Below are positions 52,714 to 64,000 of a stretch of 64,000 bases of DNA, piece by piece. The notes beneath the pieces are model-generated. The model saw only the letters and a list, made by a program, of their open reading frames with translations. It was not told the origin of the DNA and did not search any database. The stretch covers positions 800,001 to 864,000 of the forward strand of contig CM000151.3 of NCBI GenBank assembly GCA_000004695.1, given 5' to 3'. The position numbers and the translations under genes are program-made. Positions within the stretch are counted from its first letter, which is position 1. Every line of letters begins with the position of its first letter. Source of the stretch: Dictyostelium discoideum (Eukaryota).

Positions 52714-52961
52714 TAATAATAAAAATAATATTAATAAATAATAATAATGCATCTATCCAAAAAACATAAAATTTACCCCCACTAACACATTATTTCCTAT
52801 TGATATTTTTTGTAATAAAAATTAAAATAATAAATTTAATTACTTTAAATGAAATAAAAAATTTATTTATATTTAGTTCCTATATGAAATGATACTAATA
52901 GATTTGTTGTTTTTTTTTCTTTTTAAATTTAATATTTTATAAACTTTTTTTTTTTTTTTTT

Positions 52962-52962
<1 letters not shown>

Positions 52963-53048
<86 letters not shown>

Positions 53049-53051
53049 TTT
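52963..53051. repeat. (ATTT)n microsatellite of ~22 units, immediately 3' of the minus-strand gene 53054..55615.
   Basis: tttatttatttattta... read directly. Confidence 0.9.
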
Positions 53052-53053
53052 CA

Positions 53054-54011
53054 TTAATGATTTGAAGAGCAACAAGAAAGTAAAGTTTTTAATTGAGTTT
53101 GAATGACTTCATTAGTTTGTTGTAAAAGTGAATTTCTATTTGCTAATAATTCCTTACTATTTTTTAATCTTGATGTATCCTCCATTAGTTGAGATAAAGA
53201 GGTAGTTGCTTTTGCACCAAGATTTTCCAACTCTTGGAGTTCTTTTCTCAATTTTTTGTTTTCATTAAATAATACCTCTCTTTCTCTTTCCATTCTTTCA
53301 AGTTTTGTAACTAAAGAACGCAAACTAAATGATAATGATACAAGTGATGAATTTGTAGTTGATCCATTTGAATAGTCATCATAATTATTTCCGGAATCAA
53401 ATGAATTTGAATTTCTTTTTCTTTTTCCATTTTCATTTTGTTCGTTATAATCTTGTTGATTATTATAAAATTGTTGTGTTTGTTGATGATGTTGTTGTTG
53501 TTGTTGTTGCTGTTGTTGTTGCTGTTGTGGTGGTGGTTGATGTTGTTGTTGCTGTTGTTGTTGCTGTTGTTGTTGTTGTTGTTGAGTGTGTTGGTATTGA
53601 TGATGTTGTTGGTATTGTTGTTGTTGTTGTTGTTGTTGCTGTTGCTGTTGTTGGTGTTGTTGTTGTTGAGGTCCATTTAAATGAGAGGGGAAAATTGAAT
53701 GTTGTTGAGATGATGTTGGTGACTGTTGCTGTTGTTGATGATGTTGTTGTTGCTGCTGTTGTCCACCATTTATCATGCTATTATACTGTAAGAATATTTT
53801 ATCATTTCCTTTATTATACAAATGTTGTTGAGTTTGAATTTGTGTTGGTTGATTTGATTTTTGTTTATCCTCCATTGTCTGAGTTCTTTTTCTACCTCTG
53901 TTAGCAGCTGTTGTCGTTGTAGTGGTTGTTGTTGTCGTTTGCTGTTGATTTGAATTTGATGGTGAATAGGAATTATTATTATTACCATTACTATTATTAT
54001 TATTATTACTA

Positions 54012-54081
<70 letters not shown>

Positions 54082-55611
54082 TACTATTATTTGTATTATT
54101 ATTGGTATTATTGGTATTATTATTATTATTGTTATTGATATTGTTACTGTTAATGTTATTATTGCTATTGTTATTATTATTTGGTGCAATTTTTGGTAAA
54201 ACTACAATAGGTTGAGAAGTTGAATTATTATTATTATTATTTGATTGTGATATTTGTTGAAGTTTATTTGATAGATATTGATGATCAGTTTCAATATTTC
54301 TTGAAGAGATTTTATTTCCATCTCTAGCTTTATCGATCATAACCAAAGTATTTTCATTTTCTTCATCATTTTCATCGTCATAATTCATTTGAGAATTGTT
54401 TTGGTGATGTTGATTTTGGATATATTGTTGTTGTTGTTGTTGTGCTTGTTGTTGATATTGTTGTGCTTGTTGTTGTAATTGTTGTTGTTGATACAATGAT
54501 CTTCCATTATTACTCACTTTAATATTTCTATTTACAAGAGACTCGACTGAAGATAAAATTTCAATATTATTTCTACTATTATTATTATTGTTGTTGTTGT
54601 TGTAACTATTATTATTGGTATTAAACTCTCTATCTCTATCCCTATCTCTTTCTCTATCTCTATCTCTTTCTCTTTCTCTATCTCTATCTCTATCTCTTTC
54701 TCTTTCTCTTTCTCTTTCTCTTTCTCTTTCTCTTTCTCTTTCTCTTTCTCTTTCTCTTTCTCTTTCTCTTTCTCTTTCTCTTTCTCTTTCTCTATCCCTA
54801 TCTCTTTCTTTTGATTGGTTGGGCGAATTATTGTAATTATTATTATTGTTGTTGTTGTTATTATTATTATTATTATTTTTATTATTATTATTTTGTACTG
54901 ACACAGTTGTTGTATTAGGTGTAGAATGTGATGATGATGGACTATTCAATTGATTTAATATTTTAATTGTTGAATCATTTTCAAAATTATTAGTTTGTTC
55001 GGAGGATGGGGAATCTTCTCTATTTGTGTTGTTGTAGTTGTTATTATTTGATTTTTTGGATGATTGTTCATAATCATCGTGGAGGTCTTCAATTAGGTTT
55101 CTATTGAGTTTATTGGAACCATTAACACCTTTATTTGATCTTTCGTCATCATTATCATCAATCTCCATTTGTTCTCTCTCTTTTTCATTTTTTTCTTTTT
55201 CTTCATCATCACTATTATTTTCATTTTTATTATTATTATTATTATTGTTATTGTTATTATTATTATTATTATTATTGTTGTTGTTGTTGTTGTTGTTGTT
55301 GTTATTAATAATTTCGCTACTATCATCGTCATCAAAAGCAATTTCCTTTTCTTTATCCTTTTCTATGTCTCTTTCTCTTTCTCTTTCTTTTTCTTTTTCT
55401 TCTTTTTCACTTTCTCTTTCTTTTTCTTTTTCTTTTTCTTTTTCTTTTTCTTTTTCTTTTTCTTTTTCTTTTTCTTTTTCTCTTTCATTCTCTTGAGGAG
55501 GTTGTGGAGAATTTGGATCTTTTTGTGAATCATTTTCACCACTTATTTTTGAATCAATTTCTTGGGCATCTTCATTTTTGTTATTAATTGAAGCTGTAAC
55601 AGTTTCGATTT

Positions 55612-55615
<4 letters not shown>
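53054..55615 (-). CDS. Highly repetitive low-complexity nuclear-type protein. It has poly-N, poly-Q, (ER)n, (EK)n and a poly-T(hr) run, plus a basic patch and a C-terminal coiled-coil/leucine-zipper-like region. 853 aa.
   Basis: Single long ORF. The basic segments are RGRKRTQTMEDKQK and NGKRKRNS. The C-terminus is LVTKLERMEREREVLFNENKKLRKELQELENLGAKATTSLSQLMEDTSRLKNSKELLANRNSLLQQTNEVIQTQLKTL. The (ER)n comes from a (TCTCTT/GAGA) DNA tract at 54615..54836. Overlapping plus-strand ORFs (poly-L, poly-V, poly-Y, SL repeats) are artefacts. Confidence 0.6.
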
Positions 55616-55642
<27 letters not shown>

Positions 55643-56397
55643 ATTATTAAAAAATAAATATTTAAATAAATTTGGTAGACTACTTTTAAAAATTATTTTA
55701 TTTAAAATTTATTTATTTATTTTATTTAAAATTTATTTGTTTTTTTTTTTTTTTTTTTTTTTATTTTTTTTTTTTTTACTATTATAAAAATTTAATATTA
55801 TATTACCAGAGATATAGTAATAAAAAAAAATGATTAAAAAAAAAAAAAAAAAAAAATTAAATGTAATATGTAATCTTGTCTTATATAAAACAAATAAAAA
55901 TATAAATAAAAAATAAATAAAAAATAATAATAATAAAAAAAAAAAATAAAAAATAAAAAATAAAAAATAATTATAAAATTTTAAAATAAAAAAAAACCAA
56001 ACAGTAACCAATTTTACAAATTTAATTAAAATAGAATTCTAATTTTATATGGTGTAGGTGTGGTTTTGTTTTTTTTTTTTTTTCTTATTTATTTAATTAT
56101 TTAATTTATTTTTTTTTGATTTTTTTTTGATTTTATTTTTTTATTTGTTGAAATTAAATAAGGAAAATTTTTATAAAAACAAGCAAATAATAAAAACCAC
56201 TAATCTCTACTTATTAAAGGTTTTTTTTTTTTTTTTGTGTGGTGTGTGTTTGAGTAAGAATTTTGACTGAAAAAAAAAAGAACAAAAGATTTATTTGAAT
56301 TTTTTAAGTAGATAAATTTAAAATTGTCATTATTTTATTTTTTATTTATTTTTATTTTTATTTTATTTGTTATTAATTTTTTTTTTTTTTTTGCATA

Positions 56398-56428
<31 letters not shown>

Positions 56429-57131
56429 CCTTCCAAACTACAAATTAAATGTAATTATTTCCAATCGTATAATTATTTTTTTAATTTTTAAATATATTTT
56501 GCTTTTTTCCCTATACATTATCACTTTTTTTTTTTTTTTTCTTTTTATAAACCATTCTTAATTATTATTATAATTGTTTTATTTATTATTATTATTAAAA
56601 TTATTATTATTATTAAAATTATTATTTTAATTTTATTAATATTTTTTTAAAATATATTTGGTTATTTAGAGATATGTTTTTTCATTTTCGGCTGAATCTA
56701 ATTTAGTAAAAAAAAAAAAAAAAAAAAAACATTTATTATTAATTGATAGTACATTCAATTTTAAATAGTAAAATCCTAACTATAACTTTGTACATCGCTC
56801 AAATTATTATTAACCCTTTTTTTTTTTAATACACATTTCATTCCATGATTTCAAAACCTTATTTCCTACCACAAAAAATGATTGAAAAAAAAAAAAAAAA
56901 AAAATAAAAAAAAAAAAGAAAAAAAAAATTAAAAAATAAAAATTAAAAAAATTTATTTTCAAAAACTTTGTCGTTTTTTTTTTTTTTTTTTTTCTTTTCG
57001 TTTTATCATTAACTTAATTCCCGTTTCCATCTTTTTTTTTTTCACCACCCTTTTTTTATTTTATTTTTGTAAATAGTAAATAAATAAATAAATACATTAA
57101 AAAAAGTAATTTTAAATAAATATAAATAAAA

Positions 57132-58102
57132 ATGTCAAAACAAATTGAAAAGATTGAAAAGGAATTACCAACTGTTTCCTTTACAACCAATAAAGATTCA
57201 AAGAAATATAGAGATAAAAAGAGAAAAGAAAGACAAATTAAAAAAGAAAAAGGTATAAAAGTAAATAAAATAAAGAAACAAGTATATAATAGTGATAGTG
57301 AAGATGAAAAAGATAGTGATGAAGATGAAATTGAAGATGAATTTGCAAGTTTAAGTGAAGAAGAAGAAGAAGAAAAAGAAAAAATTGTAGAAAATAATAA
57401 AAAACAAAAAACATCATCATCATCATCATCAAATGAACCTGTAAATAGATTTGAATTAGATAAAGAAGCATTATCAAATAAATTGAGTAGCATTTTAGCT
57501 CATGGTACAAGCACTAAAAAACAAAAACCAACAACCACAACAGCTGCTGCTGCTGCTGATGGTAGTACAATCCTTTCAAAATCTGAACAAACTTTAAATG
57601 AAACCCTTAAAAAAGAAAAAGAAAAAAAGAAACAAGAAAAAGAAAGACAATTAGAAAAAGAATTATTACAAACTAAAGACTATAAACCAATTGAAATCCT
57701 TTTAACCCCTGAAGAAAGAGATTTAATGAGATTAGCTAAAAAAGGTGTTATCAAATTATTCAATGCCGTCACTCAACATCAACAATCTGGTTTAACTGCT
57801 TCTGTTGATCAAAAATCTAAAAATAGTAATTATCAAAATCTTTTCATTTTATTTTTTATTTTATATTTATATTTATTTTATTAATAAAACTTTTTTTTTT
57901 TAAAAAAAAAAAATTATAAATTTAGTTACCAAAAATCAATTCTTGGAAAACTTAAAAAATACTAAAGTAAAGAAAGCAAATGAAGATGATGATGATTATT
58001 CAGACGATGATTATTCAGACGACCAAAAAGATGGAGAACAATGGGATGTATTAAAAGATGATTATTTAGTTAAAAACGAATATGATATTAAAGAAGAACA
58101 AG

Positions 58103-58106
<4 letters not shown>
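57132..58106 (+). CDS. RRP15-like rRNA-processing protein. Exon 1 is 57132..57826; exon 2 is 57926..58106.
   Basis: K/E/S-rich protein containing LAKKGVIKLFNAVTQHQ, which resembles the conserved GVV(K/Q)LFNAV core of the Rrp15p family. A GTAATT donor lies at ~57827 and a tttag acceptor at ~57925. Exon 2 encodes an acidic tail (DDDDYSDDDYSDDQKDGEQWDVLKDDYLVKNEYDIKEEQD). An off-by-one uncertainty in my coordinates is noted. Confidence 0.5.
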
Positions 58107-58146
<40 letters not shown>

Positions 58147-58648
58147 AAAAAAATATCTCAAATAAAAATAAAAATAGAAATAAAAAAAAAAAAAAAAAAC
58201 AAAAAAACATTAAAAAAAAAAAAAAAAAAGCCCCTTTTTTTCTATTTTTATTTTTATTTTTTTATTTTTAAATTTCCTATTTTCCCTTTATTTTTTTTTT
58301 TTTACTTTATTTTTATTTTTATTTTTTTATTTTTATTTTTTTTTATTTTTTTTTTTTGTTTTAAAAAATATAAGTCGCGAGCTTGTGTAACTTCTCGGAC
58401 CCATTAAGAAGTTTTTTTTTATTTTTATTTTTTTTAGAAAAAAAAAAAAAAAATAAAAAAAAAATAAAAAAAAACTTTTTCATTTTTTTTTTTTTTTTTT
58501 TTAAATCCACCCAATTGTACATTATATAATATTATATTTATTTATATATAAATTGTTTTTTTCATTTTTTTTTTTTTTTTTTTTCTCTCTCTTTAATATT
58601 TATTTGATATTCGACCCATAGATCAAAATACATATTAAAAAAAGAAAA

Positions 58649-59025
58649 ATGTCATCTAAAAATAATGGTAACAATAATACAGCTTCTTTACTTTTAAAGA
58701 AACAACTCTTAGGTAAGATATATATAATTAAAATATAGAATCAAAATAAACCTCTTCTTCATTATCCTTCTTCTTCTTCTTCTTCTTTCTTCTTCTTCTT
58801 CTTCTTATTATTATTATTCTTCTCTATACTAACATAGTAATATTATATATATGTAGAATTAAATAAAAATCCAATTGATGGTTTTTCAGCAGGTTTAGTT
58901 GACGAATCTAATATTTATGAATGGCAAATTATGATTATGGGCCCACCAGATACATTATACGAAGGTGGTATATTTAATGCAACTTTATCATTTACACCAG
59001 AATACCCAGTAAAGTATGTTATCGT

Positions 59026-59064
<39 letters not shown>

Positions 59065-59548
59065 CAATAGGTAATAGATATTAACAAATTTCAATTGTTT
59101 TTATAATCAATAATCAATAATAATCAATAATAATCAATAATAATCAATAATAATCAATAATAATCAATAATAATCAATAATAATCAATAATAATCAATAA
59201 TAATCAATAAACAATGATCAATAATCAATAATCAATTTATTAAATAATTTTAGACCGCCAAAGATGAAATTTATTACAGAAATGTGGCACCCAAATGTTT
59301 ATAAAGAGGGTGAAGTTTGTATTTCTATTTTACACGAAGGTGAGGACGCATATGGTTATGAGAAATCAAATGAAAGATGGTCACCAGTTCACACTGTCGA
59401 ATCAATTCTTGTATCAGTAATTTCAATGTTATCATCACCAAACGACGAGTCACCAGCAAATATCGATGCTGCTAAAGAGTGGCGTAACTCTAGAGAAACT
59501 TTTAATAAAAAGGTCCAAAGACTTGTCAGAAAGACTCAAGATAGCTAA
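58649..59548 (+). CDS. Ubiquitin-conjugating enzyme E2 (UBC7/UBE2G-like). Exons 58649..58712, 58857..59013, 59254..59548.
   Basis: MSSKNNGNNNTASLLLKKQLL, then ELNKNPIDGFSAGLVDESNIYEWQIMIMGPPDTLYEGGIFNATLSFTPEYPVK, then PPKMKFITEMWHPNVYKEGEVCISILHEGEDAYGYEKSNERWSPVHTVESILVSVISMLSSPNDESPANIDAAKEWR. These give the HPN motif, the active-site Cys in VCISIL, and the acidic insertion typical of UBC7/UBE2G. The donors are GTAAGA and GTATGT. The acceptors are atgtag and aattttag. The phases are consistent. Confidence 0.85.
59107..59218. repeat. Tandem 10-mer minisatellite (AATAATCAAT) x ~11 inside intron 2 of the E2 gene.
   Basis: Direct reading. It lies between the GTATGT donor (59014) and the acceptor at 59253. 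Confidence 0.9.
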
Positions 59549-59987
59549 AAAAATAAAAATAATAAAAAAAAAAAAAATAACATAAACAACGTATCAAGAA
59601 ATATATATTCATTTTTTGAAAAAAATAAAAAATAAAATATAAAATACACCAAAACAATTTTTTATTTTTTATTTTATTAATTATTTATTTTATTTTTTAA
59701 ATTGGAATTATTAAAATTGATTTATTTTAGTTACCTATACTATTGGAGTATTATTGTTGATAAATTATCATATACATCAGAGCATTCAGTATTACCTTTT
59801 ACAGAATAATATCTAAAACACTTTTTATGATCACCACTTTGAAAAAATAAAAATATTTCCAAATAAAAATAAAATCTTTTCCAAATTTATTAAGTCTTTT
59901 TTTAAAAATTAGATTTATTTTAAATAAAACAGAACATGAAACAAAAATAAAATTCTAATTTGTTTGATTTGATGACATTATATTATT

Positions 59988-60019
<32 letters not shown>

Positions 60020-60065
60020 AGGGAACTGTTTGTTGGATAATATTTTTTTTTTTTTTTTTTTTTTT

Positions 60066-60512
60066 TTAATTATAGGTATATGTAACTAAATAGTATGGAT
60101 ATGATTGTTGATTATCATAAACGATATAAATATCAGAGCCCAGTGGATTACCTTTTACAGAATCATATCTTACATTTTTATTTGTAGAATCTTTTAGGGG
60201 TGGTAATTTGAGTGAACTGTCTGGCTCTGAGGTAATTGAATCACCAATTAAAACTGTGGCAATAAAGATTTGATTTAATTTTTGTGGAGTTTTATAGCTA
60301 TATCTATGTGAATATGATGCATTATATGCAAAGTAACTACCATTTCCCCACATACAACTCTCTTTAGAAAATCTCCAATCAAAGCAATTTTTAGAATTAT
60401 AAATTGATTCTGGTTGTGTTGCACTGGTACCATGGAATAAATATAATTCACCCTAGAAATATAAATATTTTTTTAGAATTGGAATATTAGTTTATTTTTT
60501 TATATTTATTAC

Positions 60513-60547
<35 letters not shown>

Positions 60548-61103
60548 AACATAGACACTTACACTTTTACCATTATTATGAGCTTCAATTTTATTTTTTT
60601 TATAATAATAATCTTCATAGGAACTTCTATTTTGAACGAATTCAACTTTATTGATAATTACACCTGGTAATGTTTCCGACATTCTTGTACGAATTTCTAA
60701 CCATTCTTTACCACCTTTTTCAATTTCTACTAAACAACACTCTTTCTTATGATCCCATCTATTTGGATAAATGATTTTATTATTATTTTTAAATTCTAAA
60801 ATTTGAGATTTAATATCTAGAACTTGTTCTTTTAGACCCTCTAAATTAACATTTGATGTTTTTGTATCATAATTAATTTCAACACCATATGATAAACATT
60901 TATCTTTTATAAAACTTAATGAATCAATTGGAATTTGAATATTTATAATATTTTCTGAATATTTATACTTTATAACTAAATCTTCTAATTCCTTTACAAA
61001 TGATCTTATATCATTTATATTACCTTTAACTATAATTTGATATTTATTTTTACTTTTAACAACAACACCATCATCATCATCATCGTCATCATTATTATTA
61101 TTA

Positions 61104-61180
<77 letters not shown>

Positions 61181-64000
61181 TGGAATATTATTATTTGGAT
61201 TATTATTATTTGGATTATTTTTATTATTATTATTATTGGTTTTTGGATTTAATAATTTTAATAGTTGGCCAAAAAAGCCATTTCCGTCATTATTATTATT
61301 ATTATTATTATTTATAGTGGTTGGAGTTGTGTTTTTATTGTTTTTATTGTTATTATTAATATTATTATTTATAATATTCCTTTTAACTAATCTTTTGGTG
61401 TATTGTAATTTATCATTTAATTGATACCACGAAGATGGATTATTATGATCTATAAAGTAAACAGTATAGGTCGAACCATTCTTTTTTTGATTTAGATCAC
61501 CAATGATTGAAACCAATCGAAGACGAGAATTATATGCTTTTTCAATTTGAATTGATTGGTCGTAATCATATGGAATATCTTTACCATCATTTTCTCTCCA
61601 TGTCCATTCATAATTTAAACTCTTTGGTTTAATAGGTTCATAATTTGTATTTAAAATTGATTTATTTGGTTGAGTGGTGGTGTTTTTATTAATGCTGCTA
61701 TTTTTATTGTGAAATAAAGTACCATTATCTGAGAATTTAATCAAACTATTTTCAAATATATTTGCAGTACTTTGATTTAAATCAACAAAATTAACTTCAT
61801 TTAATGTTGTTTCATTTGTTAATAAAAATTCAATTGCACTTTTAATTATAATTGGTACTGCTTCTTTTGGATCATAACCGAAAATACCTGTACTAATTGC
61901 TGGAATTGAAATTGATTGGCAATTTAATGCTGTTGCACTTCTTAAAGAGCTATGAATTGACATATGTAAAATTCTAGCTTTATTTGGATTATCATTTTTT
62001 GGACCAACTGTATTAATTACGAATATATTACCCATTTTAAATTTACTTCCATAAACAGAACAACCTGTACCTATTGGACCGTTTTTTTCATAATATGATT
62101 CACAAAATTCTTTAAATGTAGCGCCGGCAGCTTCTTGAATTGAAAATGCAGCACCACCTAAATTCTTTAATTTTTCATTTGCAGGGTTAACGATTGCATG
62201 CGTTTTTTGTTTTGTTATATCACCTTTTATAATTCTAATAATTTTACCATTTGATAAATTTAATGAAATAATTGTTTCATTTTCAACTTTTAATTCAACA
62301 AGTGTAAAAGTTTCTTTTTGTAATTTACCAACTTTTTTTAAATCAAATAAAATGTCATGTCTAATTTTATCAATTGTAATTGCCCTTGTTTCTATACTAT
62401 TTTCATATGAATATTTTTCTTTTAATAATTCAAGATAAATAATCTTTATATTTTCTGGGTCACCACTAATTTTAACATTTAATTCTTCTTTATTATAATA
62501 ATATCTAATACCAATTTGTTGAGATTTTATTTCTAATGATTCAATTAAATTTTTTAACTATAAAATAATTAAAAGAGTTAATATTTATTTTTGTATATAT
62601 TTTATATATTTATTTATTTTATATATATTGATATATTTACCTTTAAAGATGATAATTTACTTAATTGAATAGTTTTGGTTTCACTTGGAGTTGTTGATAT
62701 CAATGAATCAATATCTGCTGTAACTAATTTAAATTTCTCTATACATGGTACACAAATTATTATTTCTTCACTATTTATTAAAATTGTTGCATTGTATTGT
62801 TTTTCAATTTCTTTAATTTTCATTAAATTTGAAGTGGCAACAATAAGGATTTCTTTTAAATTTGGTGAATTATATTTTTGAAAATGAATTGAATTTTTTG
62901 AAGAAATTATTGATTTTTCAATTTTTTCAACTTGATTTTTATTTCCATAAACTAAAACATTCTTGAAATCAATTTGTGTATCATCACTCTTTGATGGTGA
63001 GATTTTAATTGAAACTAATTCATCATTATTATTATTACATTGTTCTTGTAATGATTTTAAAATATTTGATAAAACTTTTGATTTTATAAATAGATCATCA
63101 CCAGATAAATCAATTGTTTTTTCATAAAATCCATTTAATGCTTCATCAATAATTTTCTTTATTTGAATATAAACAGTCTCTAATGATTTTATTGAAATTT
63201 TATTTGTACCTATTATTCTAGTTGAATTTGTAAATTTTTGATTAATTAATTTTAAAATTGATTTTTGTTCTAAAAATAGAATTTCAATTTCTTTTTCAAC
63301 TTCATAAACATGTTCAACCTATTTATTATTAATAATTATTAAAATCAACTTTGGTTTTTTTTTTATTTTTTTTATTTTTAGTAATTAAAGCTAATACTTA
63401 CTTTACTTTTATTTAGTAGATTCATTACAATTGCTGAAACAATTTCTAAATTTTCTTTTGAATTTGCTTCCATTTTAATTCCACCATTTTGATAATGCAT
63501 TACATAATCTTTGGTATTTAATGAACTCCAATCATATCTTCCTCTCATTTGTTGCTCATTCATTGGAACAAACTTTTTTAAATTTTTGAAATCTTCAATG
63601 AAATTCTTAACCAAAATGACTTTTGATGATTCACCAGTAATTAAAAAAAATATTTGATTATTATTTTTATTATTTGATTTTTGTTTTTGATTTTGATTAT
63701 TATGTTGTTGTTGCTGATGTTGATTGGTATTATTGTTTTCATCAATTTGAAAATGTGTAAGGTAAGTTTTAATGGCTTTTGAATATTTATAAATTAAATT
63801 TTTATGAGTTTCAAAGAAAAGAGAATTAAATTTTACTCTTTCTCTTCTTAAATTACCAATTTGAAGTAAAATGGATTCTTGTGATTCACTTGATAATTGA
63901 CCTTCAACTTTAAAGGTACCATCTTTTTCAATAATTTTTGATGGTATAATTGATTGTTTCCATTGTCTTAATAAATGAATTTTAATATAAATATGGAATC
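60066..64000 (-). CDS. Macro-domain + WWE-domain + PARP catalytic-domain protein (mono-ADP-ribosyltransferase type). 5'-partial; the N-terminus lies beyond the window end. Exons >64000..63402, 62641..63318, 60563..62557, 60066..60452.
   Basis: Macro domain: IIRIIKGDITKQKTHAIVNPANEKLKNLGGAAFSIQEAAG...SISIPAISTGIFGYDPKEAV. WWE domain: YEWTWRENDGKDIPYDYDQSIQIEKAYNSRLRLVSIIGDLNQKKNGSTYTVYFIDHNNPSSWYQLNDKLQYTKRLVKR. PARP catalytic region: GELYLFHGT...CMWGNGSYFAYNASYSHRYS...IFIATVLIG. It is split by an intron containing (ACACATAC)n. The donors are GTAAGT at three sites and GTAAAT at one. The acceptors are aaatag, attttatag and atttctag. All junctions are phase 0. Confidence 0.8.

Noticed and set aside
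53359-55528. Several plus-strand ORFs (poly-V, poly-L, poly-Y, SL/SF repeats) overlapping 53054..55615
   Set aside because: They are complement-strand readings of the poly-N, poly-Q and (ER)n codon repeats and have no non-repetitive sequence.
62614-63614. Separate small ORFs 62614..62823 and 63378..63614
   Set aside because: They are not independent genes. They join in frame through GTAAAT/GTAAGT introns into the Macro-WWE-PARP gene.

Overview
The window is about 78% A+T nuclear DNA with every hallmark of Dictyostelium discoideum. It has long poly-A/T runs, (AAT)n tracts, and short AT-rich introns with GTAAGT/GTATGT donors and (T)nAG acceptors. It has poly-Asn/Gln/Ser coding repeats and a strong Dictyostelium codon bias. 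I found no rRNA or tRNA genes. CRISPR arrays are not expected in this genome. I can support about 25 protein-coding genes, most with one to three introns, and I reconstructed splice junctions by eye. Junction coordinates are good to about ±2 nt; ORF-track coordinates are exact.

Genes, in window order:
- a 5'-partial type-I membrane protein with an EGF-like module
- an F-BAR+SH3 (syndapin-type) gene
- ATP-dependent PEP carboxykinase (pckA)
- a second F-BAR+2xSH3 (Nwk/Bzz1-type) gene
- a RING/TRAF-type zinc-finger gene
- a small secreted protein
- a ZIP metal transporter
- a secreted protein carrying a ~300-residue pure poly-serine tract
- a SAPS-domain (PP6 regulatory subunit-like) protein
- a tubulin cofactor A-like gene
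- a DEAD-box helicase (DDX31/Dbp7-like)
- a 24-aa Cys-repeat (Dicty_CTDC-type) secreted protein
- a large beta-helix-like protein with a polytopic membrane domain
- a tandemly duplicated unknown gene plus its decayed pseudogene copy
- a very low-complexity protein with a C-terminal coiled coil
- an RRP15-like gene
- a UBC7/UBE2G-like E2
- a 3'-complete Macro-WWE-PARP gene that runs off the window end

The most unusual part is an ~11-kb segmentally duplicated palindromic array at 33.2-44.3 kb. It holds nine small two-exon HssA/B-like (hssA/2C/7E family) genes arranged as divergent pairs. Each pair flanks a ~200-bp hairpin (inverted-repeat) element. The array is interleaved with two intact and two decayed copies of a membrane-anchored short-chain dehydrogenase. 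One hssl copy carries a premature stop, and one shows apparent gene conversion. The ORF track misses these genes entirely and instead reports their antisense strands.
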